This document shows positions 48,020 to 56,929 of a stretch of DNA of 64,000 nt, piece after piece. The notes beneath the pieces are model-generated. The model was given only the letters and a program-made list of their open reading frames with translations. It was not told the DNA's origin and did not search any database. Both the position numbers and the translations under genes were made by a program. Position 1 is the first letter of the stretch. Every line of letters starts with the position of its first letter. The DNA is taken from assembly GCA_014729345.1 (NCBI GenBank), contig WJKB01000056.1, forward strand, positions 71-64,070, written 5' to 3'. The DNA comes from Candidatus Woesearchaeota archaeon. GTDB lineage: Archaea > Nanobdellota > Nanobdellia > Woesearchaeales > WJKB01.

Positions 48020-49059
48020 TCAAGCACCAGCCATTCAAAGTTTGCCTCATCAGTGTACCCTGAACCGTCTGTAACCTCAACTGTCACGTTGAAGCTGCCG
48101 GTGATCCTGGGCACGAAGTCCACGCTTCCGTCCTTTTCCACATCGAACATGATGTGGTCTGACCTGAAGGTGAGCTCGTCTCCGTCAGGGTCTGTGGCCT
48201 GTATCTGATACACAAATCTCTCATTGTCCACCCCTACCAGCCTTTCAGGCATGGTGATCACAGGGTACTTGTTCACAGGGACCGTGGTTCCGAACATAAA
48301 AAGGTAAGGCTCTCCTGGCCTCATGGCAGAGCGATTGTCCTGAAAAGCGTATATTATAGTGTCCTCGCTTACAGGCATCACTATGATGTCAAGGTCATAC
48401 TCGAGCAGTGGGGTGAACTGCACCCAGCCCGGATCCTCAACCACAAGATCATTCACCTCGTTTGCTGTGTTGAGTATGTAGCTGAGCCTGTGTGGGATGA
48501 TCACCCTGAACCTTTCAAGCCTTCCCTCGCTTTCCTCAATCGCTGCATCTACAGGGTACTCCATCTCAAACACCAGCTCATTGACAGCTATGGTCACAGT
48601 GGTGTTGGGTTCGCCCGCTTCCACAGACCATCCCTGCTGCTCAAAAGAGCTGAAGTTTGTGCATTCCTCAAGCATCTGGTCCACATACAGGGCAAGCTGG
48701 CTCTCTATCTCTGGCTGCGTGGGCCTGAGATCCCCCAGCTCGTCATCATACCACAGGCTTACTGCTGAGAATTCTGTGACAACTGAAGTGTTTGGAGGAT
48801 ATGCATATCCTCCCTGAACCCCGTTAAGGTAAGCTCCGTCGATCGCTGTCTCCCTCAGGCAGCCGGTGATATAGTTATGCAGGGGCCTGAGCTCTGTGGG
48901 CACCTCTATCAGCTCCCTTTCCACTTCTGGCCTGTAGATTCCGAAAAGATACCATATTGTTGCCGCGAGTATCAGGATGACCAGGCCTATTATGACAAAC
49001 AGCGTCACCTGTCCCCTGCTTCCTTTCTTACGCATTTGCCAGCCTCCAGAAGCTTTCAA
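48016..49059 (-). CDS. prepilin-like (class III signal peptide-like) membrane protein, 347 aa
   Basis: N-terminus is KKGSRGQVTLFVIIGLVILILAATIW: a basic region, RG, then a long hydrophobic helix as in type IV pilins. Translationally coupled to the giant gene. Confidence 0.45.
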   Translation of the reverse strand: MKASGGWQMRKKGSRGQVTLFVIIGLVILILAATIWYLFGIYRPEVERELIEVPTELRPLHNYITGCLRETAIDGAYLNGVQGGYAYPPNTSVVTEFSAVSLWYDDELGDLRPTQPEIESQLALYVDQMLEECTNFSSFEQQGWSVEAGEPNTTVTIAVNELVFEMEYPVDAAIEESEGRLERFRVIIPHRLSYILNTANEVNDLVVEDPGWVQFTPLLEYDLDIIVMPVSEDTIIYAFQDNRSAMRPGEPYLFMFGTTVPVNKYPVITMPERLVGVDNERFVYQIQATDPDGDELTFRSDHIMFDVEKDGSVDFVPRITGSFNVTVEVTDGSGYTDEANFEWLVLE

Positions 49060-49555
49060 ATCCGTGGACTATTATGATCTCTTCCTCAGGCCTCGTAAAC
49101 CCTGATCTTGGAACAACCTCAAATTTGATGCCTGTCATGGATGATACCAGGCCCCTGACCTTCATCTCATCCTCGCACACAAGCGTGAGGCTATTCTGCC
49201 TCTTCTTTGCGAAAAAGGCAGAATAGACCGCAGCCTGTGATGCCAGTTTCCTGGCTATGTCTTCAAGTTTCTGCAGAACAGCCTTGTTCTGCAAGCCAAA
49301 ACCCTCTTTTTCCTCAGCAGAGATGTAAGATAAGAGCAGTATGGTCTTGTCGCTTTGTAGGTTGAGCGAGCATACTATGCTGGGGCCTATTATCTTCTTG
49401 TTCAGTATGTTTTCAGAGAGAAGCTTCCTGACCTCTTTGTTTGTGTAAGCATAGCTCTTTTTCAGCTCTTTGGATATCTGGTTGATGGTCAGCTCCCTGC
49501 TTATATCCCTGAAAAAAAGCCTTATTATCGAAAGCTCTGAGTTCATTCTGGCCAC
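49028..49555 (-). CDS. winged-helix (HTH) transcription regulator-like protein
   Basis: N-terminal 70 aa (SRELTINQISKELKKSYAYTNKEVRKLLSENIL) has HTH/wH character. First gene of the cluster, next to the repeat-rich intergenic region. Confidence 0.45.
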   Translation of the reverse strand: MARMNSELSIIRLFFRDISRELTINQISKELKKSYAYTNKEVRKLLSENILNKKIIGPSIVCSLNLQSDKTILLLSYISAEEKEGFGLQNKAVLQKLEDIARKLASQAAVYSAFFAKKRQNSLTLVCEDEMKVRGLVSSMTGIKFEVVPRSGFTRPEEEIIIVHGFESFWRLANA

Positions 49556-49565
49556 AGTGATAGTT

Positions 49566-49598
49566 TAGTACTTGATTAGTATTTGATTAGTACTTGAT
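49566..49598. repeat. three 11-bp direct repeats (ttgattagtac/t) just upstream of the regulator gene start
   Basis: Direct reading. Lies 10-45 bp upstream of the minus-strand start at 49555. Confidence 0.8.
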
Positions 49599-49803
49599 AT
49601 TTATTTTAATAATAGATTAATACTCATCTTAATTAAGATACATATATATAAAGATTTATATTCTACAGTGGTTATAATATCAATAAATTTGGTGTAAGAG
49701 TATTAAATATCTATAGTTATTAGCTATGAAATTGATTATATTAGTAGAATTATGACTAAAATTATAAAAAAATATGATAACAAGAATGTCTGCAACCCTT
49801 GCC

Positions 49804-49892
49804 AGTGACCAGTAGTCAATGAATCAGTAGCCAATGACCAGTAGCCAATGACCAGTAGCCAATGACCAGTAGCCAATGAATCAGTACTCAAT
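49804..49892. repeat. tandem array of about six 14-bp direct repeats (consensus accagtagccaatg) in intergenic region
   Basis: Direct reading of the sequence. Units are contiguous (no spacers), so this is not CRISPR. Confidence 0.85.
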
Positions 49893-49951
49893 GTCATCTC
49901 GCCTAAGCATCATCTCCTCGAGGACCATTAAAGAGTAGTATACTCAAAAAA

Positions 49952-49961
49952 TTTAAATATA
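49952..49961 (+). promoter_or_regulatory. TATA box (tttaaatata) about 33 bp upstream of the acyl-CoA ligase start
   Basis: Archaeal TATA consensus TTTAWATA. A purine-rich BRE-like aaaaaa lies immediately upstream. Confidence 0.5.
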
Positions 49962-49993
49962 AGCCAGCCCTAGACGCAGTTTAGGAGATCCGG

Positions 49994-51853
49994 ATGATGA
50001 TAGAGAGATTCACAATCGCTGGAAAAGAGTATGAGGAGATGGACCCAGAAAGTCTTGAAGATGCGGTTCTGCAGCATAGGTCGCTGTATGATATCTTTTC
50101 AATGTCAGCAGAAGCAAACGCTGGCCATCCTGCAGTCACTTTCAGAGAACCTGGAAGTGAAGACTTCAGCAACACCTGGAGTTACAGGGAATTTCATGAC
50201 ACTGTCCAGCGACTGGGACAGGGCCTTATCGATATCGGCCTCCAGGATGCATGGTCAAATGAGACTGAATCGGGGGACAGGTTTGCGGTCTTCTCGCCCA
50301 ACAGCCCCTGGTTCATGGCAGCTGAGTTTGCAGTCAACAGCGCAGGAGGAATATTTACCCCTATGTCCACTATCAGCACGCCTGCAGAAGCAGGGTTTGT
50401 CATAAGGGATTCTGGCGCAAAGATCCTTATGGTCGACGGTGAGGAGCAGCTGGAGGTCATCAGACAATGCAGCCCTGAAGATCTGCAGACATTAGACACC
50501 ATCCTGACCGCTCAGAGGGCTGATCCTGGAGCGCTATCAGGTATAGGGGTAGACCAGATCATGCCCATACAGTTTATCATGTCAGCACCAGCGTTCGGTT
50601 TTGAGGAACGCGCTTCCCAAAGGAGCATAGATGATGTCGCAAACATGATCTACAGCTCAGGCACCACAGGAAATCCAAAAGGTGTCATGCTCACGAACAG
50701 GAACCAGGCATCCAATATCTACCAGTGCCAGGAAAGGTTCAGGCTTCCAGCAAGGTCAAAAAGCCTTAACATACTTCCGATGTACCATTCATACGCGATG
50801 ATGACAGACCTGCTCATGAGCATGGCTACAGGCATGCATGTGTACGTCTCAGACAAGGACCATTTCCAGAAAGACATGAGGGAATGTCCTATAGACTACA
50901 TGTGCGCTGTCCCTCTTCTGCAGAAAAGGGTTTATGACGGCATCTGCGATAAGCTTGAGCAGGCAGGGGGACTGAAAAAGCTGATAGGAAGGACAAAGGC
51001 ATTCCAGTATATCCCGCTGATAGCAAAAAAGATCCAGAAAGAGCTTGTCCACGATGACTTCCAGTTCTTCATAAACGGAGGCGGAGGGCTGCCTGTCGAG
51101 GTCGCCAAGGCACTAAAGCACATCGTGGCAGTGTATGCAGGGTACGGCCTTACAGAGACATCTCCAGTCGTCTCTGCAAACATGCCTGATGATGACAGGA
51201 GCCTGCAGGGATCGAGCGGAAGGCCTCTTGTGGGCATGGATGCCACGATAAAGGAAGGAGAGATATGCCTTAGGGGACCTAACGTGATGAAAGGGTACTG
51301 GAACAGGCCTGAGGAAACAGCCAGCATGTTTGATGATGAGGGCTGGCTGCACACAGGCGATCTGGGACACATAGATGACTATGACCATCTGCACATCACA
51401 GGCAGGATAAAGGAGACCATCGTCCTTGCCACAGGCAAGAACATCAACCCGACAGAGGTTGAGCAGCACTTCCAGACCGACGAATATATTAACCAGATAT
51501 ACTTGATAGGTACGCTTCCTGACGGAAAGGATGAGAGCTATGTGATAGCGATCGGAAATGCGCATGAGCATACGCTGCCTGAAGGCGTCAAAGACGATGA
51601 TGCGCAAAAGTCAGGCTTCCTTCTCCAGAGGGTCAGAGATGTCTGCAGTGAGCAGGGACTACCGAAATACAAGATACCAAAGGCATTCGGGGTCATCCCT
51701 GAGATCACCCCTGACACCAGCATCATACAGGACGGGCAGGAGATACCTGTCATGACCGGGCTCATGAAGCTTAAGAGGAGATACCTGCTTCACTGGGCTG
51801 CAGATGTCATAGAACAGACGTATGATAAGTCCAGAAAGCAGCCCTCAAGATGA
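49994..51853 (+). CDS. long-chain fatty-acid-CoA ligase / AMP-dependent synthetase
   Basis: AMP-binding motif YSSGTTGNPKGVMLTNRN and the TGD motif (WLHTGDLG) are present. Confidence 0.85.
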   Translation: MMIERFTIAGKEYEEMDPESLEDAVLQHRSLYDIFSMSAEANAGHPAVTFREPGSEDFSNTWSYREFHDTVQRLGQGLIDIGLQDAWSNETESGDRFAVFSPNSPWFMAAEFAVNSAGGIFTPMSTISTPAEAGFVIRDSGAKILMVDGEEQLEVIRQCSPEDLQTLDTILTAQRADPGALSGIGVDQIMPIQFIMSAPAFGFEERASQRSIDDVANMIYSSGTTGNPKGVMLTNRNQASNIYQCQERFRLPARSKSLNILPMYHSYAMMTDLLMSMATGMHVYVSDKDHFQKDMRECPIDYMCAVPLLQKRVYDGICDKLEQAGGLKKLIGRTKAFQYIPLIAKKIQKELVHDDFQFFINGGGGLPVEVAKALKHIVAVYAGYGLTETSPVVSANMPDDDRSLQGSSGRPLVGMDATIKEGEICLRGPNVMKGYWNRPEETASMFDDEGWLHTGDLGHIDDYDHLHITGRIKETIVLATGKNINPTEVEQHFQTDEYINQIYLIGTLPDGKDESYVIAIGNAHEHTLPEGVKDDDAQKSGFLLQRVRDVCSEQGLPKYKIPKAFGVIPEITPDTSIIQDGQEIPVMTGLMKLKRRYLLHWAADVIEQTYDKSRKQPSR

Positions 51854-51948
51854 AAGTCAGGCTAAGGATATGTAAAGATAAATATCTCTAAGAGCATGCA
51901 AATACACCATCTCTCTGATCCATATCCTTTCTGCGACACACAAGCAGG

Positions 51949-53649
51949 CTATAGCTTCCTGACCATATAAACCCCTTCTTTCCTATAGCCTAACTTCCTG
52001 TAATACTCCCTTGCGCCTATTCCAGATATCACAACGAGCTTGTCCCTGTTGTATGTCCTTGCTATCTCTTCAGCAGCCTTAAGCAGCTTCTTTCCCAAGC
52101 CTGAATGCTGGACATTTCCTTTTCTTCCCAGCCTCGCAGCCTCTCCATAGACATGCAGCTCCCTGACAAGCACAGCATCCTCGGTTATCTCTTTCCTGAG
52201 GCTTTGCGCCGGAAACCTCAGCCTGCAGAAGCCCATCACATATCCCTTGTATTGCGCCTCTATGTAGAACTCTCTGCCGAAAGATGCGTTGTAATACAGG
52301 ATGATTATCTCAGGCTTTCCTATCTTCCCCCTGAAGTTTCCTATCTCCCTGCACCTTATGCACTGGCATCTGATATCGTCCTTTTTCATCTCTTCCTTTA
52401 TGTACTGTCTTAGGTTTGTCTTGTCCACCCCTGCAGATATCATCTTTGAGGGGATGTCTCTCTGCACCCTCATTATCCTGCAGTAGGGAGGCACGTATCT
52501 CTTGAACTCTGCGATAAGCTTTGCTGCCTTCTTTGTTGTGAGGGGCTTATATTTTCCCTTTTTCCATAAGTCATACAGTTTTGTCCCCCTGACCACCATA
52601 CAGGGATACAGCTTCAGCATGTCCGGCCTGTAACGCTCGTCCTCAAACAGGGATATCATGCCCGTGAGGTCTTTCTCATAGTCAACCCCTGGCAGCCCGG
52701 GCATGTAATGGACATTCACCTTGAACCCAAGGTCCTTCAGCACAGCCATGGCCTCTTCATTGTCAGCTGCCCTGTAACCTCTTTTTATCCTTTTCAGCAC
52801 ATCATCATAGACCGACTGCACTCCCAGCTCGACCCTTGTACAGCCCAGCTTCAGCATGCGGTTCGCATGCTTCAGTTTTGCATGATCTGCCCTTGTCTCT
52901 ATGGTCATGCCTACGCACCTGATCACAGCTTTCTCGTTCTTCTTCTGGATGTTTTCAAGCTTCTGGCTGCCTTTTCTCTTCAGACTGAGCGCCTTTGAAT
53001 GTATCCTGCTGGTCCTTTCAGGGTCATCTATTGCTCCTGGAAGCTCGAAGAAGTCGCAGAACTTTCTGAAGCTGAGCCTTCTCCTGCTGAAGAACTGCTC
53101 TGAGAAATCGTTCATGGCCTTTAGCGCGTGCTTGACAAAGTTTTCCTGATAATTCCTGCTGAAGGAGGGAAACGTGCCTCCCATGATGATAAGCTCGACC
53201 TTCTGGGGGTTCTTGTTCATGGCCACGTACTGCTCAAGCCTGTTAAAAACCTGCAGGTAAGGATCATATCTGTTCCTTATCGCCCTTCTTGTGGCAGGCT
53301 CTTTTCCAGTATAGCTCTGCGGCACATTCCCAAATGCGCTGCCAGGGCCTCCAGGGCACATCACGCATCTTCCATGAGGGCATCTGATGGGCTTTGTCAT
53401 TATGGCCACCACAGCCACGCCGCTCATGGTCCTTGTGGGCTTGATCGTAAGAAGCTGGCTGAACCTTTCCCTTTCAGAAGCAGTGGCTGCTGCAGCAAGA
53501 TCCACATTTGTAGGGATAGTGCTGATGTCCTGGTATTCCTTCCTTTTAAGGACCTGGAGCTTAAGCTGGTTCAGTCTGCGCTGGTCTTTTATCTTCTTTT
53601 TCTTCATCTCTGAGATTATATCCCTGCAGAGGCGCCTGAACATTTGCAT
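51949..53649 (-). CDS. elp3: Elp3-family radical SAM / GNAT tRNA modification enzyme (tRNA uridine(34) carboxymethyltransferase homolog)
   Basis: Radical-SAM Cys cluster CPHGRCVMCPGG in an Elp3-type N-terminus, and a C-terminal GNAT acetyltransferase fold (GIGAREYYRKLGY). Length 566 aa. Confidence 0.9.
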   Translation of the reverse strand: MQMFRRLCRDIISEMKKKKIKDQRRLNQLKLQVLKRKEYQDISTIPTNVDLAAAATASERERFSQLLTIKPTRTMSGVAVVAIMTKPIRCPHGRCVMCPGGPGSAFGNVPQSYTGKEPATRRAIRNRYDPYLQVFNRLEQYVAMNKNPQKVELIIMGGTFPSFSRNYQENFVKHALKAMNDFSEQFFSRRRLSFRKFCDFFELPGAIDDPERTSRIHSKALSLKRKGSQKLENIQKKNEKAVIRCVGMTIETRADHAKLKHANRMLKLGCTRVELGVQSVYDDVLKRIKRGYRAADNEEAMAVLKDLGFKVNVHYMPGLPGVDYEKDLTGMISLFEDERYRPDMLKLYPCMVVRGTKLYDLWKKGKYKPLTTKKAAKLIAEFKRYVPPYCRIMRVQRDIPSKMISAGVDKTNLRQYIKEEMKKDDIRCQCIRCREIGNFRGKIGKPEIIILYYNASFGREFYIEAQYKGYVMGFCRLRFPAQSLRKEITEDAVLVRELHVYGEAARLGRKGNVQHSGLGKKLLKAAEEIARTYNRDKLVVISGIGAREYYRKLGYRKEGVYMVRKL

Positions 53650-53714
53650 AGCAGCGTCTAATAGAGCCCCTTTTATAAAACTACGCTTTAGACAGGCTCC
53701 TCCATCCCAGGTGT

Positions 53715-54731
53715 TCAGCTTCCGATAAGTAGCTCAACTGAGACAAAGGCCACGAAAAGCATCAGGAGAACAAGCCCTTTCTTCCAGTCGATCTCTTTCT
53801 CCCTCACAAATATCAGGGTCAGGCCCAGGCTCGCCATGGTGAACACCATGCTGTTGTAGATTATGCTCGGGTCGAACCTTATCGGCCTTACGACTGCAAT
53901 AATTCCCAGGAACAGCAGCGCCTTGGTCACTGCGCTTCCGAGTATATCCCCGAAGCCTACGTCAGAGTGGCCTCTTATGATGCTTCTGATGCCTATCATT
54001 ATGTCAGGCATCTGGGCTCCCAGCGCTATCACCAGCAGTGCTATGAGAAAAGGCCTTATCCCCAGCTCATGCGAGATGTTCAGGGAGGCGAACACCAGCC
54101 ATCTTGAGCTCAGGAGCAGAGCCACCAGAGCTCCGAGGAAAAGTATCGAATCCTTCCAGATCTTCTTCACCTTCACATCCTTCTTTATCCTTCCGATCTC
54201 ACCCTCTTTCTTCCAAAGCAGGGCAATATAGCTGAAGAACCCTATAAGAAGCACGACCCCATCCAGCCTTGACAGCACCCCATCCCATATCAGGATAAAA
54301 GGAATACCCATGAGTATGAATATGTCTATCTTGGTCTTCTGAAGTATCCTGGCTTCCATTCTCATCTTCCTGCCAAACACTGCCAGGAAGCCCAGCACAA
54401 AAGTGAAACCTATCACATTGGATCCGAACAGGGTTCCCAGGATGATCCCGCTAGCGTCAAGGGTCGATCCTGTTATGGATGCTACCAGCTCAGGCATGCT
54501 GCCTGCAAGCGCTACGACAAGTATCCCCACAAGATAGTCGCTCAGCCCCAGCCTTTTGGCGTACCTGCAGATGCTGTACACAGCCATGTCCGCTGACTTG
54601 ACCATTATCACCAGGCTCAGGATCCCGACTATCAGGTTGAATACAAGAGGGCTGTTCCATATGAGATCTATCATCAGCAACCATCCTCCAGGCAGCTCCT
54701 GCAGCAGCAGGGTCTTTTCTTGGTGCTGCAC
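53715..54731 (-). CDS. CaCA-family cation/Ca2+ exchanger-like membrane protein
   Basis: About ten TM helices with two alpha-repeat-like segments (ALAGSMPELVASITG, ALGAQMPDIMIGIRS). Confidence 0.55.
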   Translation of the reverse strand: MQHQEKTLLLQELPGGWLLMIDLIWNSPLVFNLIVGILSLVIMVKSADMAVYSICRYAKRLGLSDYLVGILVVALAGSMPELVASITGSTLDASGIILGTLFGSNVIGFTFVLGFLAVFGRKMRMEARILQKTKIDIFILMGIPFILIWDGVLSRLDGVVLLIGFFSYIALLWKKEGEIGRIKKDVKVKKIWKDSILFLGALVALLLSSRWLVFASLNISHELGIRPFLIALLVIALGAQMPDIMIGIRSIIRGHSDVGFGDILGSAVTKALLFLGIIAVVRPIRFDPSIIYNSMVFTMASLGLTLIFVREKEIDWKKGLVLLMLFVAFVSVELLIGS

Positions 54732-54744
54732 GCTGTCTTGCTTC

Positions 54745-55131
54745 TCATCCTAGTATCCCCCTTGCTGCGACCGCTACACCCATAGTCACCAGCACCACAA
54801 GGAATGCGAGTATCAGGGGCGCAAGCAGATACTCGCCCAGAGGGTTTGCCAGTCCGGGTATCAGGTAGCTCAGGGGCTTTGAGATCACTGCAAAAGCATA
54901 GCATCCTGCAAATACCATGCAAAGAGAAACTACGAGGCCGCTGTTCTTCTTCAGATGGGCCGGATGCAGGCTGTGTCTTGCTGCTCCATGAGCAGTCATC
55001 ACTGCCTTTACAGCGTCATGCACCTTTTGCTCAGGCCATCCCCTCTCCACAAGAGCGTCCCTCACAGTATCTATCCTGAAGCCTGCAGCCCTTGTCTCCC
55101 TGATATACCTAACAAGCCTAGGGTCTGCCAT
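54745..55131 (-). CDS. small membrane protein with N-terminal cytoplasmic helical domain
   Basis: The ORF encodes 128 aa with two TM helices. No motif. Confidence 0.35.
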   Translation of the reverse strand: MADPRLVRYIRETRAAGFRIDTVRDALVERGWPEQKVHDAVKAVMTAHGAARHSLHPAHLKKNSGLVVSLCMVFAGCYAFAVISKPLSYLIPGLANPLGEYLLAPLILAFLVVLVTMGVAVAARGILG

Positions 55132-56056
55132 CCTGCTTCAGCCTCACAAAATATCCTTTGATCCTCTGGACCGTGTCTTCTCTTATGATAGCAGTGCTCA
55201 TGTTGACGTCGACGCTTATGTCTGACTCGCCGACAACAGCCTGTGTGTGCGGATCAGAGACCTTTATCTCATATCCCTGACTTTCAAACCGTTCGAGCTT
55301 GATACATTGGGGAAGGTTCTCGTCCACATGCTGCTCTATCTCCCTTTCCAGCTCCCTCGCTTCATCATCCAGGAGCAAAAACACGCTTATGTCTGTCTTT
55401 TCTTCTGCAAGTTCCCTGATGCATGATTCTATATGGTCCCTGACCAGCACGGTTCCGGAATCCTCCAAAGTCTCGTGCAGCTCTGTCTCTACAGGCCAGG
55501 CATAGGTCTGGACAGCATAGTCCACCAGCACTGAACTTGTGAGCAGGAGGATGGGAGCTACAAGATAGAGTCCTATATAGTGCTTGTGCTTGTGGTGGTC
55601 AAAGTATTCCATCACAAACCTTATGTTGAAAGATACGTAAAAGACAAGGCCTGCTGTTATAGGGCTGGCCACAGAAGTATCCATCCCTGTCTCCATGAAC
55701 ATCCTGAGGAAGGCGGTGAGAAGGATGACCGAAGGCAGGGGTATGACCATGCCTGCCAGCAGCTCGTTCTTCTCCCTGTGCATGACATTTTTCACTGCCA
55801 GCATGGCAAGGTAGCCGTATATGAGGCCTGACATAACATAAAGGCCGTAGGCTGTCCCTGCTCCGACATACCTGAAGACAGTCAGCCATATTACAGGCAG
55901 GAACAGCAGGGTGGATGCAAGCATGAGAAGTACAAGGTATATCAGGTAATACCCATGCCTGACAGGATGACTTTTCTTTGCTGCCTCTGCAGCATCCTCT
56001 GCAACAGTTTCTCCGGCTTTCTTGGCTCGGCCATTGCTTCCTTCAGCATCTTTCAT
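55118..56056 (-). CDS. integral membrane protein, function unknown
   Basis: Six or more TM helices. Start overlaps the downstream gene by 14 bp. Confidence 0.45.
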   Translation of the reverse strand: MKDAEGSNGRAKKAGETVAEDAAEAAKKSHPVRHGYYLIYLVLLMLASTLLFLPVIWLTVFRYVGAGTAYGLYVMSGLIYGYLAMLAVKNVMHREKNELLAGMVIPLPSVILLTAFLRMFMETGMDTSVASPITAGLVFYVSFNIRFVMEYFDHHKHKHYIGLYLVAPILLLTSSVLVDYAVQTYAWPVETELHETLEDSGTVLVRDHIESCIRELAEEKTDISVFLLLDDEARELEREIEQHVDENLPQCIKLERFESQGYEIKVSDPHTQAVVGESDISVDVNMSTAIIREDTVQRIKGYFVRLKQDGRP

Positions 56057-56369
56057 TCTCTATCTCCTCTTTTTGTATGTCCTTGAGTATTTGGGTGAAA
56101 TATTCAAGACAGTCAAGTCCGCAGAAGGACATCTTTTTCCTAACATCCTTGTCCCCGAACTCAAGGGTGTAGAACGTGCCCTCCTTGTGCAGCGGAGCGG
56201 TGCATACAGCGCACTTCCTGTTCAGTATCTCCTCTTTCTTCCTTATCTTTGATTCCACCAGCGTTCTTGTAGCCATGCCTCCTTTCTCCAGGTCGTTTCT
56301 CAAGGTCATGAGGTCAAGGTAGGTCAGGCTTTCCATCAGATTTTTCAGGTTTTGGTTTTTCATGCTCAT
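56043..56369 (-). CDS. small zinc-ribbon protein (CxxC...CxxxC)
   Basis: Contains CAVCTAPLHKEG...CGLDCLEYF with four Cys arranged like a Zn ribbon or TRASH-type domain. Confidence 0.4.
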   Translation of the reverse strand: MSMKNQNLKNLMESLTYLDLMTLRNDLEKGGMATRTLVESKIRKKEEILNRKCAVCTAPLHKEGTFYTLEFGDKDVRKKMSFCGLDCLEYFTQILKDIQKEEIENERC

Positions 56370-56373
56370 AAAA

Positions 56374-56556
56374 TCACCCTATGCCCTCTTCTTCGCGCTC
56401 TTCAAACTTCACATACCATCTGTTGGCTTTCGGATCGAACTTGAAGACCACGTTGTGCTTTTTTTTCTTGTCCAGCGCAAAAAGGAGCTGTATAGGTATA
56501 GTGGTCTCATAGCTTCCCCCTCTTTTGTAGAGTTTTCTCCTGAACTCGATCGCCAT
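56374..56556 (-). CDS. small AbrB/MazE-like swapped-hairpin DNA-binding protein candidate (60 aa)
   Basis: RKLYKRGGSYETTIPIQL resembles the AbrB/SpoVT loop-hinge motif. Directly upstream of the zinc-ribbon gene. Confidence 0.25.
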   Translation of the reverse strand: MAIEFRRKLYKRGGSYETTIPIQLLFALDKKKKHNVVFKFDPKANRWYVKFEEREEEGIG

Positions 56557-56929
56557 TTTGATTTAGCTTACTTATTTTATATTACTTGCTTATTTTATAA
56601 GTTACTTACTTTCTTACTTATTTGTAACCATATATTTTACTTATATTCTTACTTATTTATAAATCTTTTGGTATCGTTGTCAAATTGACCATCGTTAAGA
56701 TCATACTATCACGAGGAAGGAAGGCATGATGAGAAAAAGGAAAGGCCATGATGAAAAGGCAGGATCATGATGAAAAAAGGGCAGGACCAGCAAGGTTCAG
56801 CACTTGTTTCGCATCTTTGGTTGTGGTGGAGACATTTGCCCAAAACCATAGATTCCAGCAATTAAATCATGACTTATTAGTAATAACATAACAAAAGTTT
56901 TATATACAATTAGCTATATTCTGATTCAT

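Noticed and set aside
49804-49892. Possible CRISPR array
   Set aside because: Repeat units are 14 bp and directly contiguous, without spacers, and no cas genes are nearby. This is a tandem satellite or operator array, not CRISPR.
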